Shown here: positions 30,224 through 39,365 of the stretch, one piece after another
How positions within the stretch are numbered: the first letter of the stretch is position 1
How the letters are laid out: the number at the start of each line of letters is the position of its first letter
Source of the DNA: Acidimicrobiia bacterium
Lineage (GTDB): Bacteria > Actinomycetota > Acidimicrobiia > Spongiisociales > ZC4RG35
Direction of reading: 5' to 3'
DNA length: 64,000 nt
Assembly (NCBI GenBank): GCA_041742825.1
Contig: JBGTNX010000017.1
Coordinates: 7,716 to 71,715 of the forward strand
Notes under the pieces: model-generated
What the model was told of the DNA's origin: nothing
Databases searched by the model: none
Seen by the model: only the letters and a program-made list of their open reading frames with translations
Position numbers and translations under genes: made by a program

Positions 30224-32250
30224 TGGCGTTGTCTCTGCTCGGGACTGCGGGGATCCTCGCCGGGCTGCTCGGTGCCATCCTGCTGACGTATCGCGGGGTA
30301 CAGACTGCCACGTCGGCTACCGGCGTCGGCGATCTGGGACCACCCGCAAAACTCCTCCTCGGTGGGTCGGTCATCGCGATTGTCGCAATCGAACTGGCGC
30401 TGCTCACCAACGACTTCGCAATTTCCTACGTCGCCAACCACCACGCCTCGACCACACCGTTCCCGTTCAACGTGGCGAGTGCCTGGGGTGCCCTCGAAGG
30501 CTCGATCGTGCTCTGGGGTCTGGTGCTGGCCGGTTTCACCTGGTTCGTGGTGAGGAGGTACCGGAACGGGCCTGATCACCTCGGGGCGGGGGCGTTGGCA
30601 GTTCTCGGAATGATCTCTGTGTTCTTCTTCGGGATGATGATCACAATCTCCAACCCCTTCGAGGTTTGTGTGCAGGCCGCCGAGCAGGCATGTGCCGCTT
30701 CCAGTCCGTGGCCGTTTTCACCTATAGACGCACCGCTCGAGGGCGCTGGTCCCAATCCGCTCCTCCAGAACCACATCCTGATGGCTATCCACCCCCCGAT
30801 GCTCTACCTCGGATACGTCGGCATGTCGGTGCCTTTTGCCTATGCGATCAGCGCCCTAGCCCTGCGCATCCCGGGTCCGGTCTGGCTCCGGCGTTCCCAC
30901 CGTTCGACCCTGGTGGCGTGGAGCTTTCTCACCGCGGGCATCGTCCTCGGCGGCTGGTGGGCGTACGAAGTCCTTTCCTGGGGTGGGTATTGGGCGTGGG
31001 ACCCGGTCGAGAACGCCTCGTTCATGCCCTGGTTGGTGGCAACCGCTTTCCTCCATTCCGCCATCGTCCAACAACGTCGCGACATGCTTCAGGCCTGGAA
31101 CTTCGTCCTCATCATCTCAGCTTTCTCGCTGACAATCCTCGGCACCTTCCTCACCCGTTCGGGAACGATCAACTCGGTCCACTCCTTCACCCAGAGTGCA
31201 ATCGGACCGGCGCTGCTCGGATTCCTCGCCCTGGTCCTCGTTGGGTCTTTCACTCTGTTCGCCAACCGTTCCCACCTGGTCAGCTCGGCGCCGCGCATCG
31301 ACAGCTTCGTCAGCCGGGAGGGGGCGTTCCTCGCCAACAACCTTCTCCTCACCCTCTACGCCTTTGTGGTCCTGATCGGGACCACATATCCCCTTCTCGT
31401 CGAAGCGTTCACCGGCATCCAGGTGGGGGTGGGAGCACCCTTCTACAACCGGCTCGCTGTTCCGCTGACCTTCGCCCTGCTGCTCGTGATGGGTTTCGGC
31501 CCGATCACACCATGGGGAAGTGCGTCGCCCGGTGTCATCTGGAGACGGAGCCGGCTTCCGCTATTTGTCTCAGTTGGTGCCGGCCTCGCAGTTGCCCTCT
31601 TCGTCAGCCGGATCGGATGGGTGGTGCTGGCGGTTGTCCTCGCCACATTCGTGACCGGCACGATCATCGGTCTCCTTATCGAACAGGCCCGGCGGCGCGC
31701 CGGCCGACGCGAGCTCACTCTGGTCGGCGGCCTCCGCGAAGTGGTCGGAGGGGACACCGCATTCTGGGCGGGACAGGTGAGCCACATCGGAGTGGTGCTG
31801 GTGGCGGTGGGAATTGCCTTTGCCGCGAATCTCGCACTTCACGACACGGTTGTCCTCGAGCCCGGTGAGTCGGTCGAGTTTGCAGGTTATGAGCTTGTGT
31901 ACGAGGGCCCGTTCCAGTTCGAAGAGCCGCAGCGGATAGTGCGCGGGGCCCGCATCACCGTCTTGAGAGACAACCAGCTCGTGGCGGGGATGGAACCAAC
32001 CAACAATTTCTATGGGTCCCAGGCTTCAGGCATCATCACCCCCGACGTTCTCACCCGACCTGAAGGTGACCTCTACCTGACCTTGCGCGACCTCGACGAG
32101 GTAAGTGCCACGTTGTCCCTCGATACTTCCCCCCTCATCTGGCTGCTCTGGTTCGGGGGGCTGGTAGCCGCGGGGGGTGGTTTCTGGGCCATGGCCGCCC
32201 GCGCCTCGGAGCGAAGCCTGATCAGCGAGAGTGCACCGGCGGATGTCTGA
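30223..32250 (+). CDS. ccmF: cytochrome c heme lyase subunit CcmF
   Basis: 675-aa polytopic protein with WWD motif WGGYWAWDPVENASFMPW. Confidence 0.92.
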   Translation: MALSLLGTAGILAGLLGAILLTYRGVQTATSATGVGDLGPPAKLLLGGSVIAIVAIELALLTNDFAISYVANHHASTTPFPFNVASAWGALEGSIVLWGLVLAGFTWFVVRRYRNGPDHLGAGALAVLGMISVFFFGMMITISNPFEVCVQAAEQACAASSPWPFSPIDAPLEGAGPNPLLQNHILMAIHPPMLYLGYVGMSVPFAYAISALALRIPGPVWLRRSHRSTLVAWSFLTAGIVLGGWWAYEVLSWGGYWAWDPVENASFMPWLVATAFLHSAIVQQRRDMLQAWNFVLIISAFSLTILGTFLTRSGTINSVHSFTQSAIGPALLGFLALVLVGSFTLFANRSHLVSSAPRIDSFVSREGAFLANNLLLTLYAFVVLIGTTYPLLVEAFTGIQVGVGAPFYNRLAVPLTFALLLVMGFGPITPWGSASPGVIWRRSRLPLFVSVGAGLAVALFVSRIGWVVLAVVLATFVTGTIIGLLIEQARRRAGRRELTLVGGLREVVGGDTAFWAGQVSHIGVVLVAVGIAFAANLALHDTVVLEPGESVEFAGYELVYEGPFQFEEPQRIVRGARITVLRDNQLVAGMEPTNNFYGSQASGIITPDVLTRPEGDLYLTLRDLDEVSATLSLDTSPLIWLLWFGGLVAAGGGFWAMAARASERSLISESAPADV

Positions 32251-33244
32251 GCGCTTGAAAAGCCTATCGATAGTAGGGGTCATCCTGGCAATGGCGATTG
32301 CACTGGTGTTGCTGGTCGTCACAAATGAATCTCCCGACGACAGGGTGGAACGCATCGGCTCGTCGATCAAATGCCCGGTCTGTCAGGGAGAGGCAATCGC
32401 CGACTCGCCCGCCCAGATGGCAACGGACATGATGGACCTCGTCGAGGAGCGGGTCGCAGGAGGCGCAACCGACCAGGAGATAATCGACGAGTTGCTCGGC
32501 TCGTTCAGCGGTGCCGTGCTCCTCGATCCACCTCTATCCGGGGCAACCCTGATTCTCTGGTTGGCGCCGGTCGCAGTCCTCGTCGGCGGAGTGGCAGTGG
32601 TCCTCTGGTGGAAGAAGCACCCTGGCGGAACCGCACCTGACGAGAAGCCTCAGTCCACTCGCGCCAGGCGGCTGGTAGGAGGACTCGTCCTCATCGGCGG
32701 TTTCGCCGCCATAGTCCTCGTTGCATCAACTCTGCTCCAGGACCGTGCTGGTCCCAACGAAGGCGTGGCCGATGTCGCCGACGAGAACCTCGCCGAGGCA
32801 AGCAACGAGACCATGGAGGCTGTGATCGCGGCCAACCTGGACAACCCCCAGATCAACGGGATGCGTCTGGCCCTCGCCGAGAGATACTTCGAAGCGGGTG
32901 ACTACCGCTCTGCCTTCCCCCACTATCTCCAGGTCGCACAACACTCCCAGTCAACTGACGAAGAGGCGACCACTGCCCTCGTCCGGCTCGGGTGGATGGC
33001 CTTTGACGGAAACGGTGAGGTCGACACCGCGATCACTCTCCTCGACGAGGCTCTCGAGATCAGCCCCGGGTTGCCGGGAGCCCTCTACTTGAAGGGTCAG
33101 GTGCTGTGGTGCGGGTCCGGTGAGAACGAACAGGCGGCGGAGCTCTTCGAGCAGGTCCTTGGCGACAGTGAGCTCGAAGATGACACACGATCACTCGTTG
33201 AAGCCGACCTCGCCCTGGCCTCAGCAGGGGAGCCCTGCATATGA
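32243..33244 (+). CDS. ccmH: CcmH (CxxC) fused to a TPR CcmI-like domain
   Basis: SIKCPVCQGE thiol motif, TM, then TPR-like repeats (LALAERYFEAGDYRSAFPHY...). ATG 32243 overlaps the ccmF stop by 8 nt; the ORF-track GTG at 32231 is the alternative. Confidence 0.85.
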   Translation: MSERLKSLSIVGVILAMAIALVLLVVTNESPDDRVERIGSSIKCPVCQGEAIADSPAQMATDMMDLVEERVAGGATDQEIIDELLGSFSGAVLLDPPLSGATLILWLAPVAVLVGGVAVVLWWKKHPGGTAPDEKPQSTRARRLVGGLVLIGGFAAIVLVASTLLQDRAGPNEGVADVADENLAEASNETMEAVIAANLDNPQINGMRLALAERYFEAGDYRSAFPHYLQVAQHSQSTDEEATTALVRLGWMAFDGNGEVDTAITLLDEALEISPGLPGALYLKGQVLWCGSGENEQAAELFEQVLGDSELEDDTRSLVEADLALASAGEPCI

Positions 33245-33834
33245 GAGGCAGCGCGGTCAAGTGGGCGGGCATTGCGATTGCTGCCGGAGCGGTGATCTTC
33301 TCGGTAGTCCTTGCCAGCCGGTTCGGCACCGATCCCGGGCTCGTCGAATCTCCGCTGCTCGGCGAGGCCGCCCCAGTGCTCGAGCTTCCGCTCCTCGACG
33401 GTTCAGGAACCTTCGACACCACCGACCTGAATGGCAGGGTGACAGTCATCAACTTCTTCGCATCCTGGTGTCTCGAATGCCGGAACGAACATGCCGACCT
33501 CGTCGCCACATCCGACGCCTTCGCCGACAGGGGGGTGCGCTTCGTCCAGATCTCCTATCAGGAGGGCGCCGGTGCCTCGGCCACATACCTCGATCAGGCG
33601 GGTCGGTCAGATTCGACCTTGTACCTCCACGACCCGGGGAGCAGGGCCGCAATCGCCTACGGGGTGTTCGGGATCCCGGAGACATTCTTTATCGACGAGT
33701 CAGGGACCGTGGTGGGGAAGATCATCGGTGAGGCAGATGCATTCGTCCTCGGAGCCACCCTGGACACGATCCTCGGCGGGGATGTGCCCGGCCAGCAGAT
33801 CACCGGTGACACCCAGCAGCGGCCCGAGGGTTAA
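33241..33834 (+). CDS. thioredoxin-fold thiol:disulfide oxidoreductase (CcmG/DsbE/ResA-like)
   Basis: N-terminal TM, FFASWCLECRNEH CxxC motif, GVFGIPETF cis-Pro region; ATGA-coupled to ccmH. Confidence 0.85.
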   Translation: MRGSAVKWAGIAIAAGAVIFSVVLASRFGTDPGLVESPLLGEAAPVLELPLLDGSGTFDTTDLNGRVTVINFFASWCLECRNEHADLVATSDAFADRGVRFVQISYQEGAGASATYLDQAGRSDSTLYLHDPGSRAAIAYGVFGIPETFFIDESGTVVGKIIGEADAFVLGATLDTILGGDVPGQQITGDTQQRPEG

Positions 33835-35249
33835 CTGTCCGGTATCGGTTCCTCGTCGGGCCGCAAGACCTCGAGGGCAACTTCGTCGAAGCTGACCGTG
33901 TCGATCGATGCCGGGCCGGTGTCGAGGAGGAAGACGTCGAAGAACCCGATCAGATACTGATTGAGGATGGGAATCATGCGCCCGACTCCGATCGGCCCGC
34001 GCAGGCCCATCTCGTCGGCCAGAGGCGAGAACAGGGGGAACATCAGGAAATCATTGTGCCCTGCGCCATCGATCCCTATCCAGTAGGTGGTTGTGACACT
34101 TCGCTCAGCGATGCCGCGCAAGATCGCGTCATTGGGCAATTCATCCCATTCGGCCGACCGGAGGAACATCGCCGGCCTGGTCGCCGAAACTGCGAGGGTC
34201 CGATCAGGCAGGTGCTCCACCCAGGGGTCCATTCCGAGCACGGCATCGCAGCGCTCGTCAGTGAGGCACACACTCACCGCCGCACCGCCGCCGACACCGT
34301 GGCCGTACATGCCGATCCGGGTCATGTCGATGCTTCCCGTCACCTGTCCAAACGGGCCTGCGTCGCCTTCCTCCAGGGCGTTGACTATCCCGACGAGATC
34401 GTTGGAATGGGTTTCGACCAGGAGAGCAGCCGCCTCGTCGTATATCTCGGGGTTCACATCTTCTCCGCCGGGGATCGCTTCGGGCCAGTACCGGACCAGG
34501 TCTCCGTCCTCGAACACCGTTGCCACCGCCGAGTAGGTGTGATCGGGGGCGATCACCACATATCCATTGGAGACGAGGTTTTCGATCTGGTTCAACGCCA
34601 GAGACCGATACCCCTGCCACCCGTGGCTGTAGATCACCACCGGAAAGGTGCCCGGCGCCACCGTCAAGCCCTCATAGGTATGGGTTTCGGTGTACCTGAG
34701 ATGGCTGAGAAACCACGAGGGAAGACCCACCGAGCGGGATAGTTCCGGTCCGATCACCGGCCAATCCGGGTGGATCATCCCCGCAACAGTCTCGCTATCG
34801 GGGAGGGCCGGGTAGAACACCTGGACCACCAGTTCACGGTTCCGGCCCGGCCGGGGGCCGTACACCTCTTCGGATTCGGGGATTGAAAGCTCGAGGGTGA
34901 CCGTGCCCACGGTTTCCGGGCCTGACGGTGCCGGCAACTCCGGAACCGGAAACAGCCAGGCGGGCGACGAGACGAGCAGGAGCCCGGCCAGCCCGAAGAC
35001 GCCACGGGCAATCCGGCTCGACCACTTGAGGTTGCGATCGAGAAAAACGATGTCGCCGATGATCAGCCCGATAGCCGCGGTATAGAGAGGGATCAGCTGC
35101 CAGCGAAATCCTCCGATCTGCAACTGGGCGATCAGCATCGCGAACATCAAGCCGGAGGCAATCCCCCGCCTCGGGCGAACCCCGAAGACCGCCGGCCACG
35201 CCACGGCGAAGACACAGGTGAAAAGGAGAAGAAGCTCGAATTGTCTCAC
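33831..35249 (-). CDS. membrane-anchored lipase/cutinase-fold (PAF-acetylhydrolase-like) protein with Ser-to-Gly nucleophile substitution
   Basis: Four N-terminal TM helices; VVIYSHGWQG oxyanion region; nucleophile elbow reads GHGVGG (Gly codon GGT at 34298..34296) instead of GHSxGG; downstream Asp (LGMDPW) and His (GAGHNDF) are retained. Confidence 0.7.
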   Translation of the reverse strand: MRQFELLLLFTCVFAVAWPAVFGVRPRRGIASGLMFAMLIAQLQIGGFRWQLIPLYTAAIGLIIGDIVFLDRNLKWSSRIARGVFGLAGLLLVSSPAWLFPVPELPAPSGPETVGTVTLELSIPESEEVYGPRPGRNRELVVQVFYPALPDSETVAGMIHPDWPVIGPELSRSVGLPSWFLSHLRYTETHTYEGLTVAPGTFPVVIYSHGWQGYRSLALNQIENLVSNGYVVIAPDHTYSAVATVFEDGDLVRYWPEAIPGGEDVNPEIYDEAAALLVETHSNDLVGIVNALEEGDAGPFGQVTGSIDMTRIGMYGHGVGGGAAVSVCLTDERCDAVLGMDPWVEHLPDRTLAVSATRPAMFLRSAEWDELPNDAILRGIAERSVTTTYWIGIDGAGHNDFLMFPLFSPLADEMGLRGPIGVGRMIPILNQYLIGFFDVFLLDTGPASIDTVSFDEVALEVLRPDEEPIPDS

Positions 35250-35303
35250 CGGGTGACAGGTCCGGTCGGAGCGACAGCCATCAGTTGTCGTCCCGGTTGC
35301 CGG

Positions 35304-35669
35304 CTACCACGAATCAGGGATCGGCGTCCCCTGGTGAAAGCTCATGAGCCATTTACCCGACCGTTTCACCCAAATCGAGCTGCGGCGAACCTCCCTGCCG
35401 GTCGGGCCGGTTGTCAGGTAGGTGCAGAGCATCACCGTCGGATAGATCTCGCGGACCTCCCAGTCCTTGACCACCACCTCTTGGGAGCGGCCCCGTGACA
35501 TCTCCCTCACGATGCCTACCAGGTCGTACTGGCGCCCTCTGGTCCCGATCTCGGTGAACTCGTCGGTAAGCAGTTCCATGACCTTTGACGTGTCCCTTCT
35601 GAAATCGGGGTCCAGAAGCTGCATTTCGAGATCGCGAAGCAGCTCCTCGGTGGAGATTTCAATCGGCAT
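35304..35669 (-). CDS. DUF4440/SnoaL-like (NTF2 fold) protein
   Basis: 121 aa; the ...FTEIGTRGRQYD...SSIWVKRSGKWLMSFHQGT pattern is typical of DUF4440. Confidence 0.65.
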   Translation of the reverse strand: MPIEISTEELLRDLEMQLLDPDFRRDTSKVMELLTDEFTEIGTRGRQYDLVGIVREMSRGRSQEVVVKDWEVREIYPTVMLCTYLTTGPTGREVRRSSIWVKRSGKWLMSFHQGTPIPDSW

Positions 35670-35692
35670 GACGCGAGCGTAGCGACAGTCTT

Positions 35693-36295
35693 CTATTCAG
35701 TCAGACCGATGAGGTTCTCGAGCGCCGCTCTGATCTCATCTTCTGACCTGATCCCCGGCCAGGAATCGACGACTGTGTGGTCGGCAGCGATCAGAACGGT
35801 GACCGGTTGAAAGGGAACACCGTAGAGGGCGAATATCGCCTCTTCGGCATCCAGACCCCACTGGATCTCACCGGAGAGAAACAGCTCCTCGGCCCTCGCC
35901 TCGGTCAGTTCGAAGCTCGACTTCCAGGCCGGTGCGACGAAGTCGACTCTGTCGGCGTATTCAGAGGCAAGTTGGTCGACGACGGGCAACTCCCGTCGAC
36001 AGGTCGGTCACCACTCGGCCCAGAAGACGAGATATACCGGCCGGGCTCCTTCGGAAAGGGTGTAGCTGCCACCATCCCCGAGTTCCAAAGTGAAATCAGG
36101 AGCCAGTTCCCGGTCCGACGTTGTCGTCGTCTCCCCCTGGCTTGTTGTGGTCTCACCCGCCCCGGGCAGCGTTGTGGTGTCTGAGGTGACGACAGTCGTC
36201 TCACCGGGGTCGGCTATCGACGTTGTCGTTCCGGCGTCACCGGCACAAGCTGAGGCCACCAACACGAGGAGACCGAGAGTAACCGACTTTCTCAT
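35693..36295 (-). CDS. thioredoxin-fold (TlpA/ResA-like) lipoprotein, candidate selenoprotein with UxxC motif (in-frame TGA at 36010..36008)
   Basis: ORFs 36008..36295 and 35693..35989 are in one frame, separated by a single TGA: ...VYLVFWAEW-TGA-PTCRRELPVV... Lipobox LVASAC and a Thr-rich linker at the N-terminus. SECIS-like hairpin downstream. Confidence 0.7.
35975..36000 (-). promoter_or_regulatory. putative bacterial SECIS stem-loop
   Basis: mRNA UGA-CCGACCUGU-CGACGGG-AGUUG-CCCGUCG: a 7-bp GC stem (35998..35992 / 35986..35980) with a GU-containing apical loop starting 16 nt after the UGA. It can extend via the flanking GUCGAC palindromes. Confidence 0.55.
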
Positions 36296-36371
36296 TGGTC
36301 TAAGGCTAAATGCTGTCGTGTTTACGTGGAATAAATAAGATCGGATCGGAGAACATTACACTTGGGACTTC

Positions 36372-36830
36372 GTGGCAGATACCCAGCTCTATTTTGCATA
36401 CGCTTCGCTGCTCGATCCCCAGCAGCTGGCGGAGGCAGCACCCGGTGCCAGATTCCGGTTCAGTGCCCACTTCCCCGAGACCAGGCTTGTCTTCGTTGCC
36501 AATGGGGCCGGTCCTGTAGCTTCACTCGTGGAGTCGCCAGGTTCGACGGTTTGGGGTGGAATCTTCGAGGTACCACTGCCCGAAGTCGACCAGCTCGTCC
36601 AAATCGAAGCCCTGGAGCGCCGTGCCCCGACGTGGGAGATGAAAGCAGTTGACCGTGCCGGCAACAAACACGACTGTCTGGCCTTCGTCGCCGACGTAGC
36701 CGGTGCAGAGCCCGGAAAGCCTTCAGCGGATTACCTGGGGAAGATGATCCGCGGCGCACGCCACTGGGACCTCCCCGCCGGTTGGGTGGTCGGACTCGAA
36801 GATCTGGCCGAAGACCAGCCTCTCACCTGA
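36372..36830 (+). CDS. gamma-glutamylcyclotransferase/AIG2-like family protein
   Basis: N-terminal LYFAYASLL (YFAYGSN-like) motif and size typical of the GGCT/AIG2 fold; GTG start. Confidence 0.6.
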   Translation: MADTQLYFAYASLLDPQQLAEAAPGARFRFSAHFPETRLVFVANGAGPVASLVESPGSTVWGGIFEVPLPEVDQLVQIEALERRAPTWEMKAVDRAGNKHDCLAFVADVAGAEPGKPSADYLGKMIRGARHWDLPAGWVVGLEDLAEDQPLT

Positions 36831-36842
36831 GTTCTGACGCAG

Positions 36843-36870
36843 AAACCACCCGGCGCGAGCCGGGTGGTTT
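36843..36870. terminator. bidirectional hairpin between convergent genes
   Basis: 12-bp stem aaaccacccggc/gccgggtggttt with gcga loop, between the GGCT-like (+) and aquaporin (-) stops. Confidence 0.7.
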
Positions 36871-36882
36871 GATCCTCTGGAC

Positions 36883-37530
36883 TCAGACCTCTTCGGCTAC
36901 CGGGAACAACCGGTACAGCCCGAAGGCCACCAAGGCCCCGACGAGGGGAAACACCAGGTAGACCCAGACGTCAGTGAAATTCCCGGACACGATCGCCGGG
37001 GCGAATGAGCGGGCGGGATTCACAGAGGCTCCCGAGAACGGGATTCCGGCGAGGTGGACTCCGACGAGGGTGAGAGCGATCGCAGTGGGAGCGGCCTTCC
37101 CACCAGAGCGGACCGCGGCCATAACCACCCAGACTAAGATGGCAGTGAGCGCTATCTCCATGAGAATGCCCGTGCTCAACTGTTCGAACGTTGTCCGGGT
37201 CCCTGCGACCACGTCGGTGCTGGAAGCACCGGCGACGATGAGTGATCCCACTGCAGCGCCGGCGAACTGGGCCACCCAATACCCGATCGAATCACTCAAG
37301 GTGATCCTCTTGTCGAGGAGCATCGCCAGGGTCACCGCAGGGTTGAAGTGGGCACCGGAGACATGCCCGAGGGCCCATATGCCGGCAAGCAGTGATAGGC
37401 CGAAAGCGAGTGCGATCGCGATGATCTCAGCCGCCCCGGTTGCCCCGCCGACTGCGAGGATCCCCATCGTGCCTCCGAACACGAGGATCAGGGTCCCCAT
37501 GAATTCAGCCAGATATTTGTTGATAACCAA
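36883..37530 (-). CDS. aqpZ: MIP-family aquaporin
   Basis: Two NPA boxes (HFNPAVT, SVNPARS), six TM helices. Confidence 0.9.
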   Translation of the reverse strand: MVINKYLAEFMGTLILVFGGTMGILAVGGATGAAEIIAIALAFGLSLLAGIWALGHVSGAHFNPAVTLAMLLDKRITLSDSIGYWVAQFAGAAVGSLIVAGASSTDVVAGTRTTFEQLSTGILMEIALTAILVWVVMAAVRSGGKAAPTAIALTLVGVHLAGIPFSGASVNPARSFAPAIVSGNFTDVWVYLVFPLVGALVAFGLYRLFPVAEEV

Positions 37531-37649
37531 GACGAGCTCCTCCTGTAGTCAAGCCAGACCTTCGACCCGTCGGCCATCCGAAAGGTTTCCAAACAGGCTC
37601 AGGCTATGCCGGGAGAAGTCTCACGGGACGGATTCCCAGGTCACGGCGA

Positions 37650-37677
37650 CAAGAAGGCCCCCGGTGGGGGGCCTTCT
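37650..37677 (-). terminator. stable hairpin, probable ancestral rnpB 3' terminator/processing hairpin
   Basis: 11-bp stem aagaaggcccc/ggggccttctt, 6 nt beyond the distal copy of the rnpB 3'-end repeat; no clear U-tract. Confidence 0.45.
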
Positions 37678-37683
37678 TCACGT

Positions 37684-37711
37684 CTGCGAGTCGATCTGTA
37701 AGCCGGATTCT
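37684..37711. repeat. 28-bp direct repeat (displaced copy of the rnpB 3' end; att site)
   Basis: ctgcgagtcgatctgtaagccggattct is identical to 39397..39424. Confidence 0.9.
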
Positions 37712-38127
37712 TTTACGAGCATCGTGCTGACCTGGAACAGTCCCCGGTTTTGGCCGTCTGACCTGGACAAACAATCTCCCGGTAGTTCTATCGGGTTCTA
37801 AACGTTTCTATCTGATTCAACGACCGCTTGTTGAAAAATCTGTTGAACGAAAGCGCCCGACGCCGGGCCGCATAGCTAGTGCCATTCACACGTTTAGATA
37901 CCTCAGCACTGCGGCCGGTCCTACGACATTGAACAGGCGATCTTCGATCGGCGGCATACTGTTCTCGCAGGGCGACCTTTGGGAGCCATTCGCCCGATCC
38001 GACTTCGACGATTCCGAAGACCACCCTGGCATTGACGGGCACCGATTGGCCCGGGCATCGTGCAGGAGAGGCGCGGCCACGGTCTACAGCCGGCGCGATT
38101 GATGTGCCTGGGGCCGCGCACCGACGG

Positions 38128-38724
38128 CTATGGAGCGCCAACGCCCAGGGGACTTGCTGTGGCCTCGTAGCTCGGCGAGCTGTACGGAATGCTCAACGAT
38201 GCGAGCCCGAGGAGAAGCCAACTAACGCCGATACAGGCGTACCAGATAGCGTCTGAAGGGTCCCAGACGTCGGGTGCGAGGGCGTGAAATCCGTAAGTTA
38301 TGGCACCGGCAGCGGCCGTCGTTAGCGGGACCCACTTCGCCCACCCCGGAAAGACCACGGAACGCAGGACCCCAAAACCAAGGACGATAAAGGCGACCGG
38401 GAGGACGAAGAGCCCGACGGAATAGGCGAGCAAGAAGGCGAGGAAGGTGTCACCTGGCAATAGTTCGAGTCCAAACCCGACACCGAGCACCGTTGCACAT
38501 GCTCCAACCAATCTGCTGCCGAGGCGAGGGGTCCTACGGTCGATCGACCGCGCCACTGACCAGAGCCCCCACCCAACCGAAAGACCGGCAAGAAGCGCGA
38601 GGAGGGGAAAGGCTATTGGGAACGAGTCGTCAGAGTCCTCATACGTCAATTCCAAGACGACGATGCCGGCGAGCCAGGCCATGCCACCAGCCGAGATGAT
38701 GAAACCACGCGCTCTTGCTGTCAT
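38128..38724 (-). CDS. hypothetical polytopic membrane protein (island cargo)
   Basis: 198 aa with about 6 hydrophobic helices; no family recognised. Confidence 0.5.
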   Translation of the reverse strand: MTARARGFIISAGGMAWLAGIVVLELTYEDSDDSFPIAFPLLALLAGLSVGWGLWSVARSIDRRTPRLGSRLVGACATVLGVGFGLELLPGDTFLAFLLAYSVGLFVLPVAFIVLGFGVLRSVVFPGWAKWVPLTTAAAGAITYGFHALAPDVWDPSDAIWYACIGVSWLLLGLASLSIPYSSPSYEATASPLGVGAP

Positions 38725-38847
38725 CCTGGGAACCTAGTCCCGACAGTCTCGACATGCTCCCCACAATCAACGAGACATCTCGGCCCATTTGGCGAATTCC
38801 AGCTCCCGATTCCTCGATCCACGCCGGGACGCGCTCCAACTTCCCTT

Positions 38848-39266
38848 GACCGCGTCGACTTTCTCAGAGGTAGGTCAGGGTCGACAGGCAATTAGTAACC
38901 CCGGCGAAAGGTGACCCCCATTTCGGTCCGGTAAAGCGTGCCGCGTCAACCCGGGTAGTTCCACTTCCGAAAGTGGTAGGGGACGCGCTTACTTTCCACT
39001 TACAAGAGTTCGGCGCTGGCCCGGACGGGCTGATATTCACAAACGAGCGAGGGACACCGATCCGGCGCAGCCCGATCTCGACAGTCGTTCGGCGTGCTGG
39101 TGATGTGGTCGGGATTGCGAAGGGTTATGGATTCCACGAGTTGCGCCACCACTACGCATCTCTGCTGATTTCATCAGGTTGTTCGGTATCCGTCGTGCAG
39201 CGTCGTCTCGGCCATGCCACGGCGCAGAAGACGTTGGACACCTGCTCGCAACCTATGGCCGGATGA
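38848..39266 (+). pseudogene. tyrosine recombinase/integrase, C-terminal catalytic fragment (truncated, frameshifted, Tyr to Cys)
   Basis: ...DRVDFLRG (one frame) then VRVDRQLVTPAKG..PVKRAASTRVVPLP...GFHELRHHYASLLISSG..VQRRLGHATAQKTLDTCSQ (next frame). The HxxR box is present, the catalytic Tyr codon reads TGC, and the N-terminal domains are missing. Confidence 0.8.
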
Positions 39267-39365
39267 CGACGAAAAGACCACTCAGGCCGTCGATTCGCAG
39301 CTCGGGCCAGCACTGCTCGTCGAATCTTGTTTGAATCAAGATGTCTCACAACCATCCGAAATGGC

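Noticed and set aside
36008-36010. The TGA interpreted as a genuine stop, giving a split or pseudogenised thioredoxin gene
   Set aside because: Not fully excluded, but disfavoured. The stop hits exactly the redox Cys codon position, both halves stay in frame with no other lesions, and a SECIS-like hairpin follows at the expected distance. It is kept as a selenoprotein candidate pending a search for sel genes.
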